DNA of 64,000 bases from a bacterium (GTDB taxonomy: Bacteria; UBA8248). This document shows, piece by piece, positions 31,432-41,393 of this stretch. Below the pieces are notes generated by a model. It searched no databases. It saw nothing but the letters and a program-made list of their open reading frames with translations, and was not told where the DNA came from. Location: NCBI GenBank assembly GCA_965203325.1, contig OZ241875.1, positions 2,880,001 to 2,944,000 on the forward strand, written 5' to 3'. Positions within the stretch are counted from its first letter, which is position 1, and every line of letters starts with the position of its first letter. The position numbers and the translations under genes were made by a program.

Positions 31432-31734
31432 GTGGCGCCGCTTGAGCATTACCTGATTCTGAGCGCGGTTCTCTTCTCCCTCGGCGTCGTGGGCGTCGTG
31501 GTGCGCAGGAACGCCATCGTCGTCATCTTGTGCATCGAGTTGATGATGAACGGGGCGAACCTGGCGTTCGTGGCCTATGGCCGCTTCCTGGATTCCATGG
31601 CGGGCCAGATGATCGTGTTTTTCGTGATGGCTGTGGCCGCGGCGGAGGCCGCCATCGGCCTGGCGATCGTGGTGCTGATCTACAGAAACCGCGAATCCAC
31701 CGACCTGGACGAGATCAATCTACTGAAGCTATAG
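31432..31734 (+). CDS. nuoK: NADH-quinone oxidoreductase subunit K (set 1)
   Basis: [16 protein letters not shown]. Confidence 0.95.
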   Translation: MAPLEHYLILSAVLFSLGVVGVVVRRNAIVVILCIELMMNGANLAFVAYGRFLDSMAGQMIVFFVMAVAAAEAAIGLAIVVLIYRNRESTDLDEINLLKL

Positions 31735-31746
31735 AGTTAAGGAATC

Positions 31747-33651
31747 ATGGATAGTCTGACCCTCATATTGCTGTTCCCCCTCATCGGCGTGCTGGTGAAC
31801 CTGATCTTCGGCTGGAAGCGCGGGGAGAAGTTCGCCGGCTGGGTCGCGACGCTGGCGATGGCGCTCGCTTTCGCGGCGTCGATTGTGGGCTGGCTCCGCC
31901 TCCTGGGGATGCCCGAGAATGGGCGGCTCATCCGCGTCGTCTTGTTCGATTGGATTCCGGTGGGCGCCTTCGAGGTCAAGGCGAGCTTCTCGCTGGATCC
32001 GCTCTCCGCCGTCATGGCGCTCGTCGTCACCGGCGTCGGGACGCTCATCCACCTCTACTCGATGGGCTACATGCACGGCGACCGCGGCGTGGTGCGCTAT
32101 TTCATCTACCTGAACCTTTTCTCGCTCTCGATGCTCACGCTCGTCCTGGGCGACAACTTCGTGGTCATGTTCGTGGGCTGGGAGGCGGTGGGTCTTTGCA
32201 GCTACCTGCTCATCGGCTTCTGGTACGAGCGCAAGGCGGCGGCCGAAGCCGGCAAGAAGGCCTTCATCGTGAACCGGGTGGGTGATTTCTGCTTCCTGAT
32301 AGCGCTTTTCTACATCTACAGCGTCGCGGGCTCGCTGGATTTCGCGGCCGTGTTCTCGAAGGCTCCCCAGTTGCTCGGCCCCGAAAGTGCGGCGGCGACG
32401 ATCATCTGCCTGTTGCTCTTCGCGGGCGCCACGGGCAAGAGCGCGCAGATTCCGCTTTACGTCTGGCTGCCCGACGCGATGGAAGGCCCCACCCCGGTCA
32501 GCGCCCTGATACACGCGGCCACCATGGTGACCGCAGGCGTCTATATGGTGGCGAGAGCGCACGTGCTCTTCGAGTTGTCTTCTACGGCGATGCTGGTGGT
32601 GGGCGTCGTCGGCGCGCTCACGCTGTTGATGGCGGCTTCGATCGCCCTGGTCCAGACCGACATCAAGAAGGTGCTCGCCTACAGCACGGTGAGCCAACTC
32701 GGCTATATGTTTCTCGCATGCGGCGTGGGGGCGTTCTCTGCGGCGATCTTCCACCTGATGACCCATGCGTTCTTCAAGGCGCTCCTGTTCCTGGGCGCGG
32801 GGAGCGTGATTCACGCGCTGGACGGCGAGCAGGACATCCGCAGGATGGGCGGACTCCACGCGGCCCTTCCGCGAACGAGCAACACCTTCGTGGTCGGTGC
32901 GCTGGCCATCGCGGGCGTATTTCCCTTCGCCGGTTTTTTCAGCAAGGACGCCATTCTCTACTCGGCCATGACAGCCGAGCGCGGCGGTATTCTCCTGTGG
33001 CTCGCCGGCGCGGCGGGCGCGCTCATGACCGTGTTCTACATGTTCAGGCTCTTGTTCCGCGTGTTCTTCGGCACCTGCAATCTGAGCCTGGAGGAGCAGC
33101 AGAAAGTCCATGAATCTCCCACGAACATGACGCTCCCGCTACAGGCGCTGGCGGCGCTCTCCATCGTCGGCGGCTGGGTGGGGATTCCCGTCATCACGGG
33201 TGCGAACGTATTCGGCGATTTTTTGGCGCCCGCTTTCGGCGGCCACGTGGAGGCGCACCACGAGGTGGTGTTCGAGATACTGATGATGGTCTTCTCGCTC
33301 GCCATCGCCTTCATCGGCATTTACGCGGCCTACAATCTCTACGTGCTGAAGAGCGACGGCGGGAGCGCGTACGCGAAACTCTGGCCGGGCATCCACCGGC
33401 TTTTGGTGAACAAGTATTACGTGGACGAGATATACGACGCCGCAATCGTCCAGCCGGTGAAGCGGGCGTCGATCTGGTGCTGGCGAGCGTTCGAGGACGG
33501 CCTGGTGGACGCGGCCGTGAACGGGGCGGGCTTTTTCGTGCGGTCCCTGGGCGGCGTCCTGAGGCGCCTCCAGACGGGCTACGTGAAGAGCTACGCCGTT
33601 TCGATGCTGGTCGGCGCGCTGGCGATCCTGCTGTATCTCACGGCGCGCTGA
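31747..33651 (+). CDS. nuoL: NADH-quinone oxidoreductase subunit L (set 1)
   Basis: GKSAQIPLYVWLPDAMEGPTPVSALIHAATMV. Confidence 0.97.
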   Translation: MDSLTLILLFPLIGVLVNLIFGWKRGEKFAGWVATLAMALAFAASIVGWLRLLGMPENGRLIRVVLFDWIPVGAFEVKASFSLDPLSAVMALVVTGVGTLIHLYSMGYMHGDRGVVRYFIYLNLFSLSMLTLVLGDNFVVMFVGWEAVGLCSYLLIGFWYERKAAAEAGKKAFIVNRVGDFCFLIALFYIYSVAGSLDFAAVFSKAPQLLGPESAAATIICLLLFAGATGKSAQIPLYVWLPDAMEGPTPVSALIHAATMVTAGVYMVARAHVLFELSSTAMLVVGVVGALTLLMAASIALVQTDIKKVLAYSTVSQLGYMFLACGVGAFSAAIFHLMTHAFFKALLFLGAGSVIHALDGEQDIRRMGGLHAALPRTSNTFVVGALAIAGVFPFAGFFSKDAILYSAMTAERGGILLWLAGAAGALMTVFYMFRLLFRVFFGTCNLSLEEQQKVHESPTNMTLPLQALAALSIVGGWVGIPVITGANVFGDFLAPAFGGHVEAHHEVVFEILMMVFSLAIAFIGIYAAYNLYVLKSDGGSAYAKLWPGIHRLLVNKYYVDEIYDAAIVQPVKRASIWCWRAFEDGLVDAAVNGAGFFVRSLGGVLRRLQTGYVKSYAVSMLVGALAILLYLTAR

Positions 33652-33687
33652 TGGTTTTTTCGATTCTTTGAGGAGCGTGAGGGGCGA

Positions 33688-35244
33688 GTGCCTGGAATAA
33701 TCACCTCGATACTGTTTTTGCCCATGCTGGGGGGGCTGCTGCTCCTTCTCCTGCGTGAGGGCGAGGGAAAAGACGGCGGCGGCATCCGCGCGTTCGCGCT
33801 GGCGGCCTCCCTGGTCACGTTCGCCCTCTCGGCGGTGATGTATCTGGGTTTCCGGCCCGATTACGCGGGCATGCAGTTCGTCGAGGAAGCGGCGTGGATT
33901 CCGAGGTTCGGGATTTCCTACAAGGTGGGCGTGGACGGCATCAGCCTGCTGCTCGTGATGCTGACCACCATCCTGACGCCCGTTGCGATCCTCTTCTCCT
34001 TCGACGACGTTCGGAAGAAGACGCGGCTCTACTACATGTCCCTGTTGTTCCTGGAGACGGGGATGCTCGGCGTGTTCTTCGCGCTCGATTTCTTCCTGTT
34101 CTACGTCTTCTGGGAAGGAATGCTGATTCCGATGTACCTCATCATCGGGGTCTGGGGCGGTGGCCGCCGGATTTACGCGGCCGTCAAGTTCTTCCTCTAC
34201 ACCATGGCCGGAAGCGTGCTGATGCTCGTGGCGATCATCTGGCTGTATTTCGCGAGCGGGGTCGGCACGTTCGACATCCTCGCGCATTTCAGAGAACCGG
34301 TGGACGCCGCTCTCCAGCCGTGGCTGTTCGCCGCGTTCGCCATCTCCTTCGCCATCAAGGTGCCGATTTTCCCGTTTCACACCTGGCTGCCCGACGCCCA
34401 CGTGGAAGCGCCCACGGCGGGGAGCGTCATCCTCGCCGGCGTCCTCCTGAAGATGGGCACGTACGGCTTCATGCGGCTGGCGATGCCGCTGTTCCCGACG
34501 GCGGCGCGCGAGTTCGCGTTCCTCATCATTTGCCTGGCGCTGGTGGGGATCATCTACGGGGCGCTCATGGCCATGGTGCAGACCGACGTGAAAAAGCTCG
34601 TGGCCTACTCCTCGGTGAGTCACCTGGGGTTTGTGATGCTGGGGCTTTTCTCCTTCAACCTGCTGGGCGCCTCGGGGAGCGTCATCCAGATGGTGAACCA
34701 CGGCATCAGCAGCGGGGCGCTCTTCCTGATCGTGGGCTTCATCTATTCGAGGCGGCACACGAGGCAAATCGAGGAATTCGGCGGGCTGCTCCGGGTGATG
34801 CCCGTCTTTTCGACGTTTTTCATCATCACCGCACTCAGCAGCATCGGCCTGCCGGGGCTGAACGGCTTCGTGGGTGAGTTCACGATTCTGCTGGGCGCGT
34901 TCGAGCGCAACGCCTGGTTCGCCGTAATCGCGGCCACCGGCGTGGTGCTCTCCGCTGTCTACATGCTCTGGATGCTCCAGCGCGTCCTGTTCGGCGAGGT
35001 GAGCGTGCGGGCGAACCTGGGGCTCGCCGACATGAACAGACGCGAGTGGCTCGTCATGCTGCCCATGGTGGCGCTGATGTTCTGGATCGGGCTGTATCCC
35101 AAGCCGTTGTTCAACCGCATCGAGCCCTCGGCCAAGGCCTGGCTCTCGCAGGTGAACCGCCGCGTGCTGCGCGTGGAGAAGGCGCCTGATCTGAAATTGC
35201 AAAAGAGCGCGCTCGCTTATGCGCAAAGAGTCGAGGTGAAATAG
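33688..35244 (+). CDS. nuoM: NADH-quinone oxidoreductase subunit M (set 1)
   Basis: PFHTWLPDAHVEAPTAGS, LLKMGTYG, GLPGLNGFVGE. Confidence 0.97.
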   Translation: MPGIITSILFLPMLGGLLLLLLREGEGKDGGGIRAFALAASLVTFALSAVMYLGFRPDYAGMQFVEEAAWIPRFGISYKVGVDGISLLLVMLTTILTPVAILFSFDDVRKKTRLYYMSLLFLETGMLGVFFALDFFLFYVFWEGMLIPMYLIIGVWGGGRRIYAAVKFFLYTMAGSVLMLVAIIWLYFASGVGTFDILAHFREPVDAALQPWLFAAFAISFAIKVPIFPFHTWLPDAHVEAPTAGSVILAGVLLKMGTYGFMRLAMPLFPTAAREFAFLIICLALVGIIYGALMAMVQTDVKKLVAYSSVSHLGFVMLGLFSFNLLGASGSVIQMVNHGISSGALFLIVGFIYSRRHTRQIEEFGGLLRVMPVFSTFFIITALSSIGLPGLNGFVGEFTILLGAFERNAWFAVIAATGVVLSAVYMLWMLQRVLFGEVSVRANLGLADMNRREWLVMLPMVALMFWIGLYPKPLFNRIEPSAKAWLSQVNRRVLRVEKAPDLKLQKSALAYAQRVEVK

Positions 35245-35246
35245 CT

Positions 35247-36725
35247 TTGGAAATCGTTCATCCCACCATCCATTGGGGATACCTGCTGCCGGTGATCCTG
35301 CCGGTGTGCGGGGCGGTGCTGGTGTTGATGTGGGACGCCTTTCTCGCCAAAGGGGAGCGCTCCGTCATCGTCATCATCACGCTGGTGACGCTGGCCGCCG
35401 CCCTGGGCGTGACGCTCGGCGCGCGCGCGCTGCCGGGGCTGGCCGCCTCGTTCGGCGGCATGTACCTCTTCGACGGGTTCACGCAGTTCCTCTACGTCGT
35501 CATCCTGTTCGCGAGCATCTTCGCGGTGCTCATCGCCGCGGCCCAGCGCGAGCTGGACGAAACGCCGGCGGGCGAGTATTTCGGCCTCATCCTCTTCGCT
35601 ACCTCGGGCATGATGCTCATGGCGGCGACGCGGAACCTCTTGATGATCTTCGTGGGTCTCGAGGTGTTCTCCCTGTCGCTCTATGTTCTGGCGGGGTATC
35701 TGCGCTCGCGTCCCGAGGGCAACGAGGCGTCGCTCAAATACTTTCTGCTCGGTTCGTTCGCCTCGGGCTTTCTGCTCTACGGCATGGCGCTCATTTATGG
35801 CGCCACCGGCTCGGTCGATCTGATCGAAATCGCCATCCGGCTTCACGAGAACCCCGCATCGCGCGGTGCCGCCTTCCTGATGGGTCTGGGCTTCATGGTG
35901 GTGGGCCTGGGCTTCAAGGTGGCCGCAGCACCTTTCTACATGTGGACGCCCGATGTTTACGAGGGCGCGCCCACCGCGGTGACGGCGTTCATGTCCGTGG
36001 GCCCCAAGGCGGCGGCTTTCGCCGCGTTCTTCCGGGTGTTTCTCTCCGCGGGCGACGCGGGCGGGAGTCTCGATTCGGTCTTGTGGGTCATGGCCGTCCT
36101 CACGATGAGCCTGGCGAACCTGGTCGCCATCTGGCAGTCCTGCGTGAAGCGGATGCTCGCCTATTCCAGCATCGCCCACGCCGGCTATCTCATGGTCGCG
36201 CTCGTGGCCTCGCGCACGAGCGCGGAACTAGCCACGAGCGGGTTTCTCTACTACATGCTCGTCTACGTTTTCATGAACATGGGCGCTTTCTGCGTGCTCA
36301 TCCTCATCTCGAACATGCGCGAGGACGGCGGTACGCAGTTGGACAACCTCGCGGGGCTGGCTTCTTTCCGGCCGGGCCTCGCGGCGGCGATGGCCGTGTT
36401 CATGGTGTCGCTCTCGGGGCTGCCGCCCACCGGGGGTTTCGTGGCGAAATTCCACGTGTTCAGCGCGGCGCTGAACGGCGGCTACGTCTGGCTGACCGTG
36501 ATCGCGGTGCTCAACAGCGTGGTGGCCGTGTATTATTACCTGCGTCTCGTCGTGGTGATGTACATGCGCGAACCGCAAGGCGCAGTGGCGAGCAGCGTTC
36601 CGCATCCGGGCTGGTCCTACGCCGTCGCAGCGCTCGTGCTCGCCGTCGCGAGCACCCTGCAACTGGGGATTTTCCCCTCCTCGGTGCTGGATTTCGCCCA
36701 TCGCTCCACAGTCTTTTTTAATTGA
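35247..36725 (+). CDS. nuoN: NADH-quinone oxidoreductase subunit N (set 1)
   Basis: EASLKYF, WTPDVYEGAP, KRMLAYSSI. Confidence 0.96.
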   Translation: MEIVHPTIHWGYLLPVILPVCGAVLVLMWDAFLAKGERSVIVIITLVTLAAALGVTLGARALPGLAASFGGMYLFDGFTQFLYVVILFASIFAVLIAAAQRELDETPAGEYFGLILFATSGMMLMAATRNLLMIFVGLEVFSLSLYVLAGYLRSRPEGNEASLKYFLLGSFASGFLLYGMALIYGATGSVDLIEIAIRLHENPASRGAAFLMGLGFMVVGLGFKVAAAPFYMWTPDVYEGAPTAVTAFMSVGPKAAAFAAFFRVFLSAGDAGGSLDSVLWVMAVLTMSLANLVAIWQSCVKRMLAYSSIAHAGYLMVALVASRTSAELATSGFLYYMLVYVFMNMGAFCVLILISNMREDGGTQLDNLAGLASFRPGLAAAMAVFMVSLSGLPPTGGFVAKFHVFSAALNGGYVWLTVIAVLNSVVAVYYYLRLVVVMYMREPQGAVASSVPHPGWSYAVAALVLAVASTLQLGIFPSSVLDFAHRSTVFFN

Positions 36726-36894
36726 CCTCAGGGGTTGGTTTTTCGGTTCTCGCCATGATATAAGTCATGGCGGTTCGCTCGATTTCAGGCTTTTGTTCCA
36801 GGGGTTTTCGAGGGGAATGACCGCCCTGCGGCGACGATGCGGGCGGCGCATTTCTCATCGCCCCGGCGGTTAGCGGTTTTTGTGGGGGCCACGC

Positions 36895-37296
36895 ATGGAT
36901 CCGGTGGAGATTGTAGGCGCATTTTTCAGGGATTATCAGGCCATCAATCCCTACATCCCCATATTTCTGGTCACGCTCATGGCGGCCGCACTCGCCGCGA
37001 GCATTCTCATCTTCGCGCTGATCGTCCGCCCGCACAACCCGGACCCCGAGAAAAACTCCCCCTATGAGTGCGGCATGCCCCCGCTGATGGAGGCGCACGA
37101 GCGCTTCTCCATCCGCTTCTACCTGCTGGGCATACTGTTCCTGCTTTTCGACGTGGAAGCCTTGTTCCTGTTCCCCTGGGCGGTGCAATATGACGCCCTC
37201 GGGTTGTTCGGATTCATCGAGATGATGCTGTTCATCGCCATCCTGTTGGTGGGTTATTTCTACGCTTGGCGAAAAGGAGCGTTGGAGTGGGCATAG
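36895..37296 (+). CDS. nuoA: Complex I subunit A (set 2)
   Basis: [18 protein letters not shown]. Confidence 0.94.
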   Translation: MDPVEIVGAFFRDYQAINPYIPIFLVTLMAAALAASILIFALIVRPHNPDPEKNSPYECGMPPLMEAHERFSIRFYLLGILFLLFDVEALFLFPWAVQYDALGLFGFIEMMLFIAILLVGYFYAWRKGALEWA

Positions 37297-37763
37297 TCGA
37301 GGGTAAGTTCAGCGACAACTTCATCACGTCGAAGGTCGACAGCCTGGTCGCCTGGGCGAGGAAGAGCGCGCTCTGGCCGATGACCTTCGGCCTGGCGTGC
37401 TGCGCCATCGAAATGATGGCCTCGGGCGCGGCGCGCTACGATTTCGACCGTTTCGGCGTGATCTTCCGGGCCACGCCGCGCCAGTCCGACGTGATCATCG
37501 TGGCGGGCACCGTCACCCACAAGATGGGGGACGCGATTCGCAAGGTCTACGACCAGATGCCCGAGCCGCGCTGGGTGATCGCGATGGGCAACTGCGCCAC
37601 CTGCGGCGGCCCGTACGCGAACTATGCGGTGATGCAGGGAGTGGATGAAATCATCCCGGTGGACGTCTACGTTCCGGGTTGCCCGCCCAGGCCCGAATCC
37701 TTGATGTGGGGCGTCATGCAGCTTCAGAAAAAAATCGAACAGGAAAAATACATCCGCCGGTAA
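37287..37763 (+). CDS. nuoB: Complex I subunit B (set 2)
   Basis: [27 protein letters not shown] start after AAGGAG. Confidence 0.95.
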   Translation: MGIVEGKFSDNFITSKVDSLVAWARKSALWPMTFGLACCAIEMMASGAARYDFDRFGVIFRATPRQSDVIIVAGTVTHKMGDAIRKVYDQMPEPRWVIAMGNCATCGGPYANYAVMQGVDEIIPVDVYVPGCPPRPESLMWGVMQLQKKIEQEKYIRR

Positions 37764-37789
37764 AAGCCTGCGGCGCACAAGGGAAGAAG

Positions 37790-38380
37790 ATGCCCGACGA
37801 AGTGGTGGAAAACAGCGAAGAAACGAGCGGCGCGCCGGATTCCGGCGAGACCGCCGAAGAGGTGAAGACCCCGCCCGGCGAGGACTTGAAGGAAGTGGTG
37901 GAATCGGCGTTTCCGGGCGCGGTGCTGGAGCAGAGCGCCTATGAGGATGATGAGGACGAGACGACGTTCGTCCTGGGCGTCGATTCGCTCGTCGCCGTCG
38001 CTACGCATCTGCGCGATCACGGCGATTCGCTCTTCAAGCTCCTCACCGATTTGACGGCGGCGCACTACCCGGAGGCCGAGAATCCCTTCGAGATGCTCTA
38101 TCAACTCTACAGCATCGAGCATAACCGCAGGCTGCGTCTCAAGGTGCGGATCAAGGAAGGCCAGGCGGTGCCCACGGTTTCGGGCGTGTGGACCAGCGCG
38201 GACTGGATGGAGCGTGAGGTGTACGATTTGTTCGGTATCGAATTCGAGGATCATCCGGATCTCAGGCGGATTCTTCTGCCCGACAACTGGGGCAGCCATC
38301 CGATGCGGAAGGACTATCCGCTCGAGGGCCGGGGAGAGCGGATTTACACCAAGCCGACGCGCAAGGAAATCGGCGATTAG
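37790..38380 (+). CDS. nuoC: Complex I subunit C (set 2)
   Basis: EREVYDLFGI, HPDLRRIL, HPMRKDYP. Confidence 0.94.
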   Translation: MPDEVVENSEETSGAPDSGETAEEVKTPPGEDLKEVVESAFPGAVLEQSAYEDDEDETTFVLGVDSLVAVATHLRDHGDSLFKLLTDLTAAHYPEAENPFEMLYQLYSIEHNRRLRLKVRIKEGQAVPTVSGVWTSADWMEREVYDLFGIEFEDHPDLRRILLPDNWGSHPMRKDYPLEGRGERIYTKPTRKEIGD

Positions 38381-38409
38381 AGCGGCATAGCTTTTGAGGG
38401 AATGAGGAA

Positions 38410-39552
38410 ATGGTCGGCGTAGCGAACGTGTCTCGCATCGAGCAGCAGAGCACCCTGCACGGGACCGAAGAACTCGTCATCAACATGGGTCCCCAGCACC
38501 CGAGCACGCATGGCGTGCTCCGCGTCATCCTGAAGCTCGACGGCGAGACGGTGAACGATCTCGACTGCGACATCGGCTACCTCCACCGCGGCACCGAGAA
38601 GATCGGCGAGAACATCACCTACACGATGTTCATCCCCTATACGGACCGCCTCGATTACATCGCGGCGCCCTCGAACAACCTCGCGTGGGTCACGGCGGTG
38701 GAGAAATTCTTCGACTGGGAGATCCCCATGCGGGCGCAGTACATCCGCTCGATGGTGGGGGAGCTCTCCCGCATCGCCAGCCATCTCCTCTGGCTCGCCA
38801 CCCACGCGCTCGACATCGGGGCAATGACGGTGTTCCTGTGGTGCTTCAGGGAGCGCGAGATGGTGCTCGACCTCTTCGAGACGGCCTTCGGCGGCCGCCT
38901 GACGGTGAACGCCTTCCGTCTCGGCGGTCTGCACGAGGACGTGCCGGACAAGTTCCTGCAGCTCACCCAGGAATTCGTCGACATCTTCCCGAGCAGAATC
39001 GACGACTACGAGACGCTGCTCACCAACAACCGCATCTGGCTGCAGAGAACGCGCGACGTGGGCATCATCTCCGCCGAGGACGCGATGGATCTGGGTCTCA
39101 CGGGGCCGATCATCCGGGGCAGCGGGGTGAGTTGGGACTTGAGGCGCGCCAAGCCATACGCGGCGTATCCCTATCTCGATTTCGTCGTGCCCGTCGGCGA
39201 GAACGGCGACATCTACGATCGCTATCTGGTGCGCATCGAGGAGTTGCGCCAGAGCACCCATATCATCCAGCAGTGCCTGGAGCAGCTTCCCGGCGGGCCG
39301 GTGACCTGCAAGACGCCCCGGACCATCAAGCCCCCCGAGGGCGAGATATACCACAGCATCGAGAACCCCAAGGGCGAGTTCGGCTTTTACATCGTGAGCG
39401 ATGGGACGACGACGCCCTATCGCGTCCGCATCCGCCCGCCATCGTTCATCAACCTGGGTGGTCTGAAGAAGCTGTGCGTCGGGCAGCTGGTCGCGGACGT
39501 GGTGGCCATCATCGGAAGCATCGACATCGTTTTGGGCGAATGTGATCGGTAA
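38410..39552 (+). CDS. nuoD: Complex I subunit D (set 2, shorter form)
   Basis: [34 protein letters not shown]. Confidence 0.96.
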   Translation: MVGVANVSRIEQQSTLHGTEELVINMGPQHPSTHGVLRVILKLDGETVNDLDCDIGYLHRGTEKIGENITYTMFIPYTDRLDYIAAPSNNLAWVTAVEKFFDWEIPMRAQYIRSMVGELSRIASHLLWLATHALDIGAMTVFLWCFREREMVLDLFETAFGGRLTVNAFRLGGLHEDVPDKFLQLTQEFVDIFPSRIDDYETLLTNNRIWLQRTRDVGIISAEDAMDLGLTGPIIRGSGVSWDLRRAKPYAAYPYLDFVVPVGENGDIYDRYLVRIEELRQSTHIIQQCLEQLPGGPVTCKTPRTIKPPEGEIYHSIENPKGEFGFYIVSDGTTTPYRVRIRPPSFINLGGLKKLCVGQLVADVVAIIGSIDIVLGECDR

Positions 39553-39563
39553 GGAGCAGTTCG

Positions 39564-40535
39564 TTGGACATGGCGCTTGAAATCGCGGTCGCCGCGATAA
39601 AGATATTCATCGTGCTGAACGTGGTGCAGCTCGTGGTGGCGTATACGATCTACGTCGAGCGGAAGGTGATCGCCCACGTTCAGATGCGCATGGGGCCGAT
39701 GCGTGTGGGCTGGCACGGGCTTCTCCAGCCGATAGCGGACGGGCTGAAGCTGTTCTTCAAGGAAGACATCATACCCGACAAGGCGGACCGCATCGTGTTC
39801 GTGCTGGCGCCCGTGATGGTGCTGGTGCCCGCCTTCGTCGTCTACGCGGTGTTGCCCTTCAGCGCGACGTTCTACATCACGCAGATCAACATCGGGCTGT
39901 TCTTCATCCTGGCGATCAGTTCGCTCGGCGTATTCGGCATCGTCATGGCGGGCTGGGCCTCGAACAGCAAGTACTCGCTTCTGGGCGCGCTCAGGAGCGC
40001 GGCGCAGATGCTGAGCTACGAGATTTTCCTGGGCTTCTCCGTCATCGGGCCGCTGATGCTCGCGGGTTCCATGAACTTGCAAGAGATCGTGCACGCGCAG
40101 AGCGACGTGTGGTTCGTGTTCTATCAGCCCATCGCGTTCATCGTCTTCTTCATCGCGGCGATGGCGGAGACGAACCGCGCGCCCTTCGACCTGCCCGAGG
40201 CGGAAACCGAACTCGTGGCGGGCTTTCACACCGAATACAGCGGAATGAAGTTCGCGTTCTTTTTCCTGGCGGAATACGCCAACATGTTTGTCGTATCGAC
40301 GGTGGGCATCGTGCTGTTCTTCGGCGGATGGGATGGGCCGGATTTCATTCCGCTTCCCGGTTTCGTCTGGTACGTCCTGAAGCTCTCCGCATTCATGTTC
40401 GTGTTCATATGGCTGCGGGCGACGCTGCCGCGCTACCGCTACGATCAGCTGATGCGCGTGGGCTGGAAGTTCATGTTCCCGCTCGTGATGCTCAACATTT
40501 TCCTGACCGGATTCCTGAAGTACCTGTTCTTGTAA
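39564..40535 (+). CDS. nuoH: Complex I subunit H (set 2)
   Basis: [25 protein letters not shown]; directly follows nuoD. Confidence 0.96.
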   Translation: MDMALEIAVAAIKIFIVLNVVQLVVAYTIYVERKVIAHVQMRMGPMRVGWHGLLQPIADGLKLFFKEDIIPDKADRIVFVLAPVMVLVPAFVVYAVLPFSATFYITQINIGLFFILAISSLGVFGIVMAGWASNSKYSLLGALRSAAQMLSYEIFLGFSVIGPLMLAGSMNLQEIVHAQSDVWFVFYQPIAFIVFFIAAMAETNRAPFDLPEAETELVAGFHTEYSGMKFAFFFLAEYANMFVVSTVGIVLFFGGWDGPDFIPLPGFVWYVLKLSAFMFVFIWLRATLPRYRYDQLMRVGWKFMFPLVMLNIFLTGFLKYLFL

Positions 40536-40554
40536 CTCGCGGGAGAGACGCAGA

Positions 40555-41064
40555 GTGGAGCTATATTTCTTCTATATGTTCTCGGGCGGGATGATCATCG
40601 CCTCCTTGCTGATGATCACGCGCGCGAACGTGATTCACGCGGCCTTGTTGCTGGTGCTGACGTTCTTCTTCCTCGCGGGCATCTTCGTTCTGGCGGGGGC
40701 GGAGTTCCTGGCGGCGGTGCAGATTCTGCTCTACGCGGGCGGCATCATGGTGCTCTACCTGTTCTCGATCATGCTGATGAACGTGGAGGTGGCCGTTCGG
40801 ATGCGGCAATGGCACCGTCAGGGCGTCATGGTGTTCGTGGCGGCCGCCCTGCTGGGTCTGGAAATATGGGCCGTGCTGGCGGGTGTGGATTTCCCGGCGG
40901 CGAAGCAGTGGGAGTGGTCACTGGGCGCCACGCCGGGCAACGTCGAAGCGCTGGGCGCGGTCTTGTATACGAAATTCCTGTTCCCCTTCGAGGTGGCCTC
41001 CGTCCTCCTGCTGGCCGCGATGATCGGCGCCATCGTCCTGGCGAAGCGTACGATAGAGAGATAG
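40555..41064 (+). CDS. nuoJ: Complex I subunit J (set 2)
   Basis: [22 protein letters not shown]; only 19 nt after nuoH. Confidence 0.93.
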   Translation: MELYFFYMFSGGMIIASLLMITRANVIHAALLLVLTFFFLAGIFVLAGAEFLAAVQILLYAGGIMVLYLFSIMLMNVEVAVRMRQWHRQGVMVFVAAALLGLEIWAVLAGVDFPAAKQWEWSLGATPGNVEALGAVLYTKFLFPFEVASVLLLAAMIGAIVLAKRTIER

Positions 41065-41083
41065 AGGGGAGAGAGTACCCGCG

Positions 41084-41386
41084 ATGATACCGATGACTCA
41101 TTTTCTTATCCTGGGCGCCATATTGTTCCTCATCGGCGCGATGGGCGTTCTGATGCGCCGCAACGCCATCATCATCCTGTTGTCCATCGAGTTGATGCTC
41201 AACGCCGTGAACGTGACCTTCGTGGGCTTCTCGCGCCACCTGGCGGACATGACGGGCCAGGTGTTCGCCATCTTCGTCATCACCGTGGCGGCGTGCGAGG
41301 CGGCCGTGGGACTTGCGATTCTCATCGCGCTCAACCGCGACCGCACGATGGTCAACGTGGACGAAGTCAACCTTTTGAAGTGGTAG
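41084..41386 (+). CDS. nuoK: Complex I subunit K (set 2)
   Basis: [16 protein letters not shown]. Confidence 0.95.
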   Translation: MIPMTHFLILGAILFLIGAMGVLMRRNAIIILLSIELMLNAVNVTFVGFSRHLADMTGQVFAIFVITVAACEAAVGLAILIALNRDRTMVNVDEVNLLKW

Positions 41387-41393
41387 GGGAATC

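Noticed and set aside
36895..39552. Group 4 [NiFe]-hydrogenase instead of complex I
   Set aside because: The large subunit has no CxxC Ni-binding motifs and keeps NuoD quinone-site motifs.
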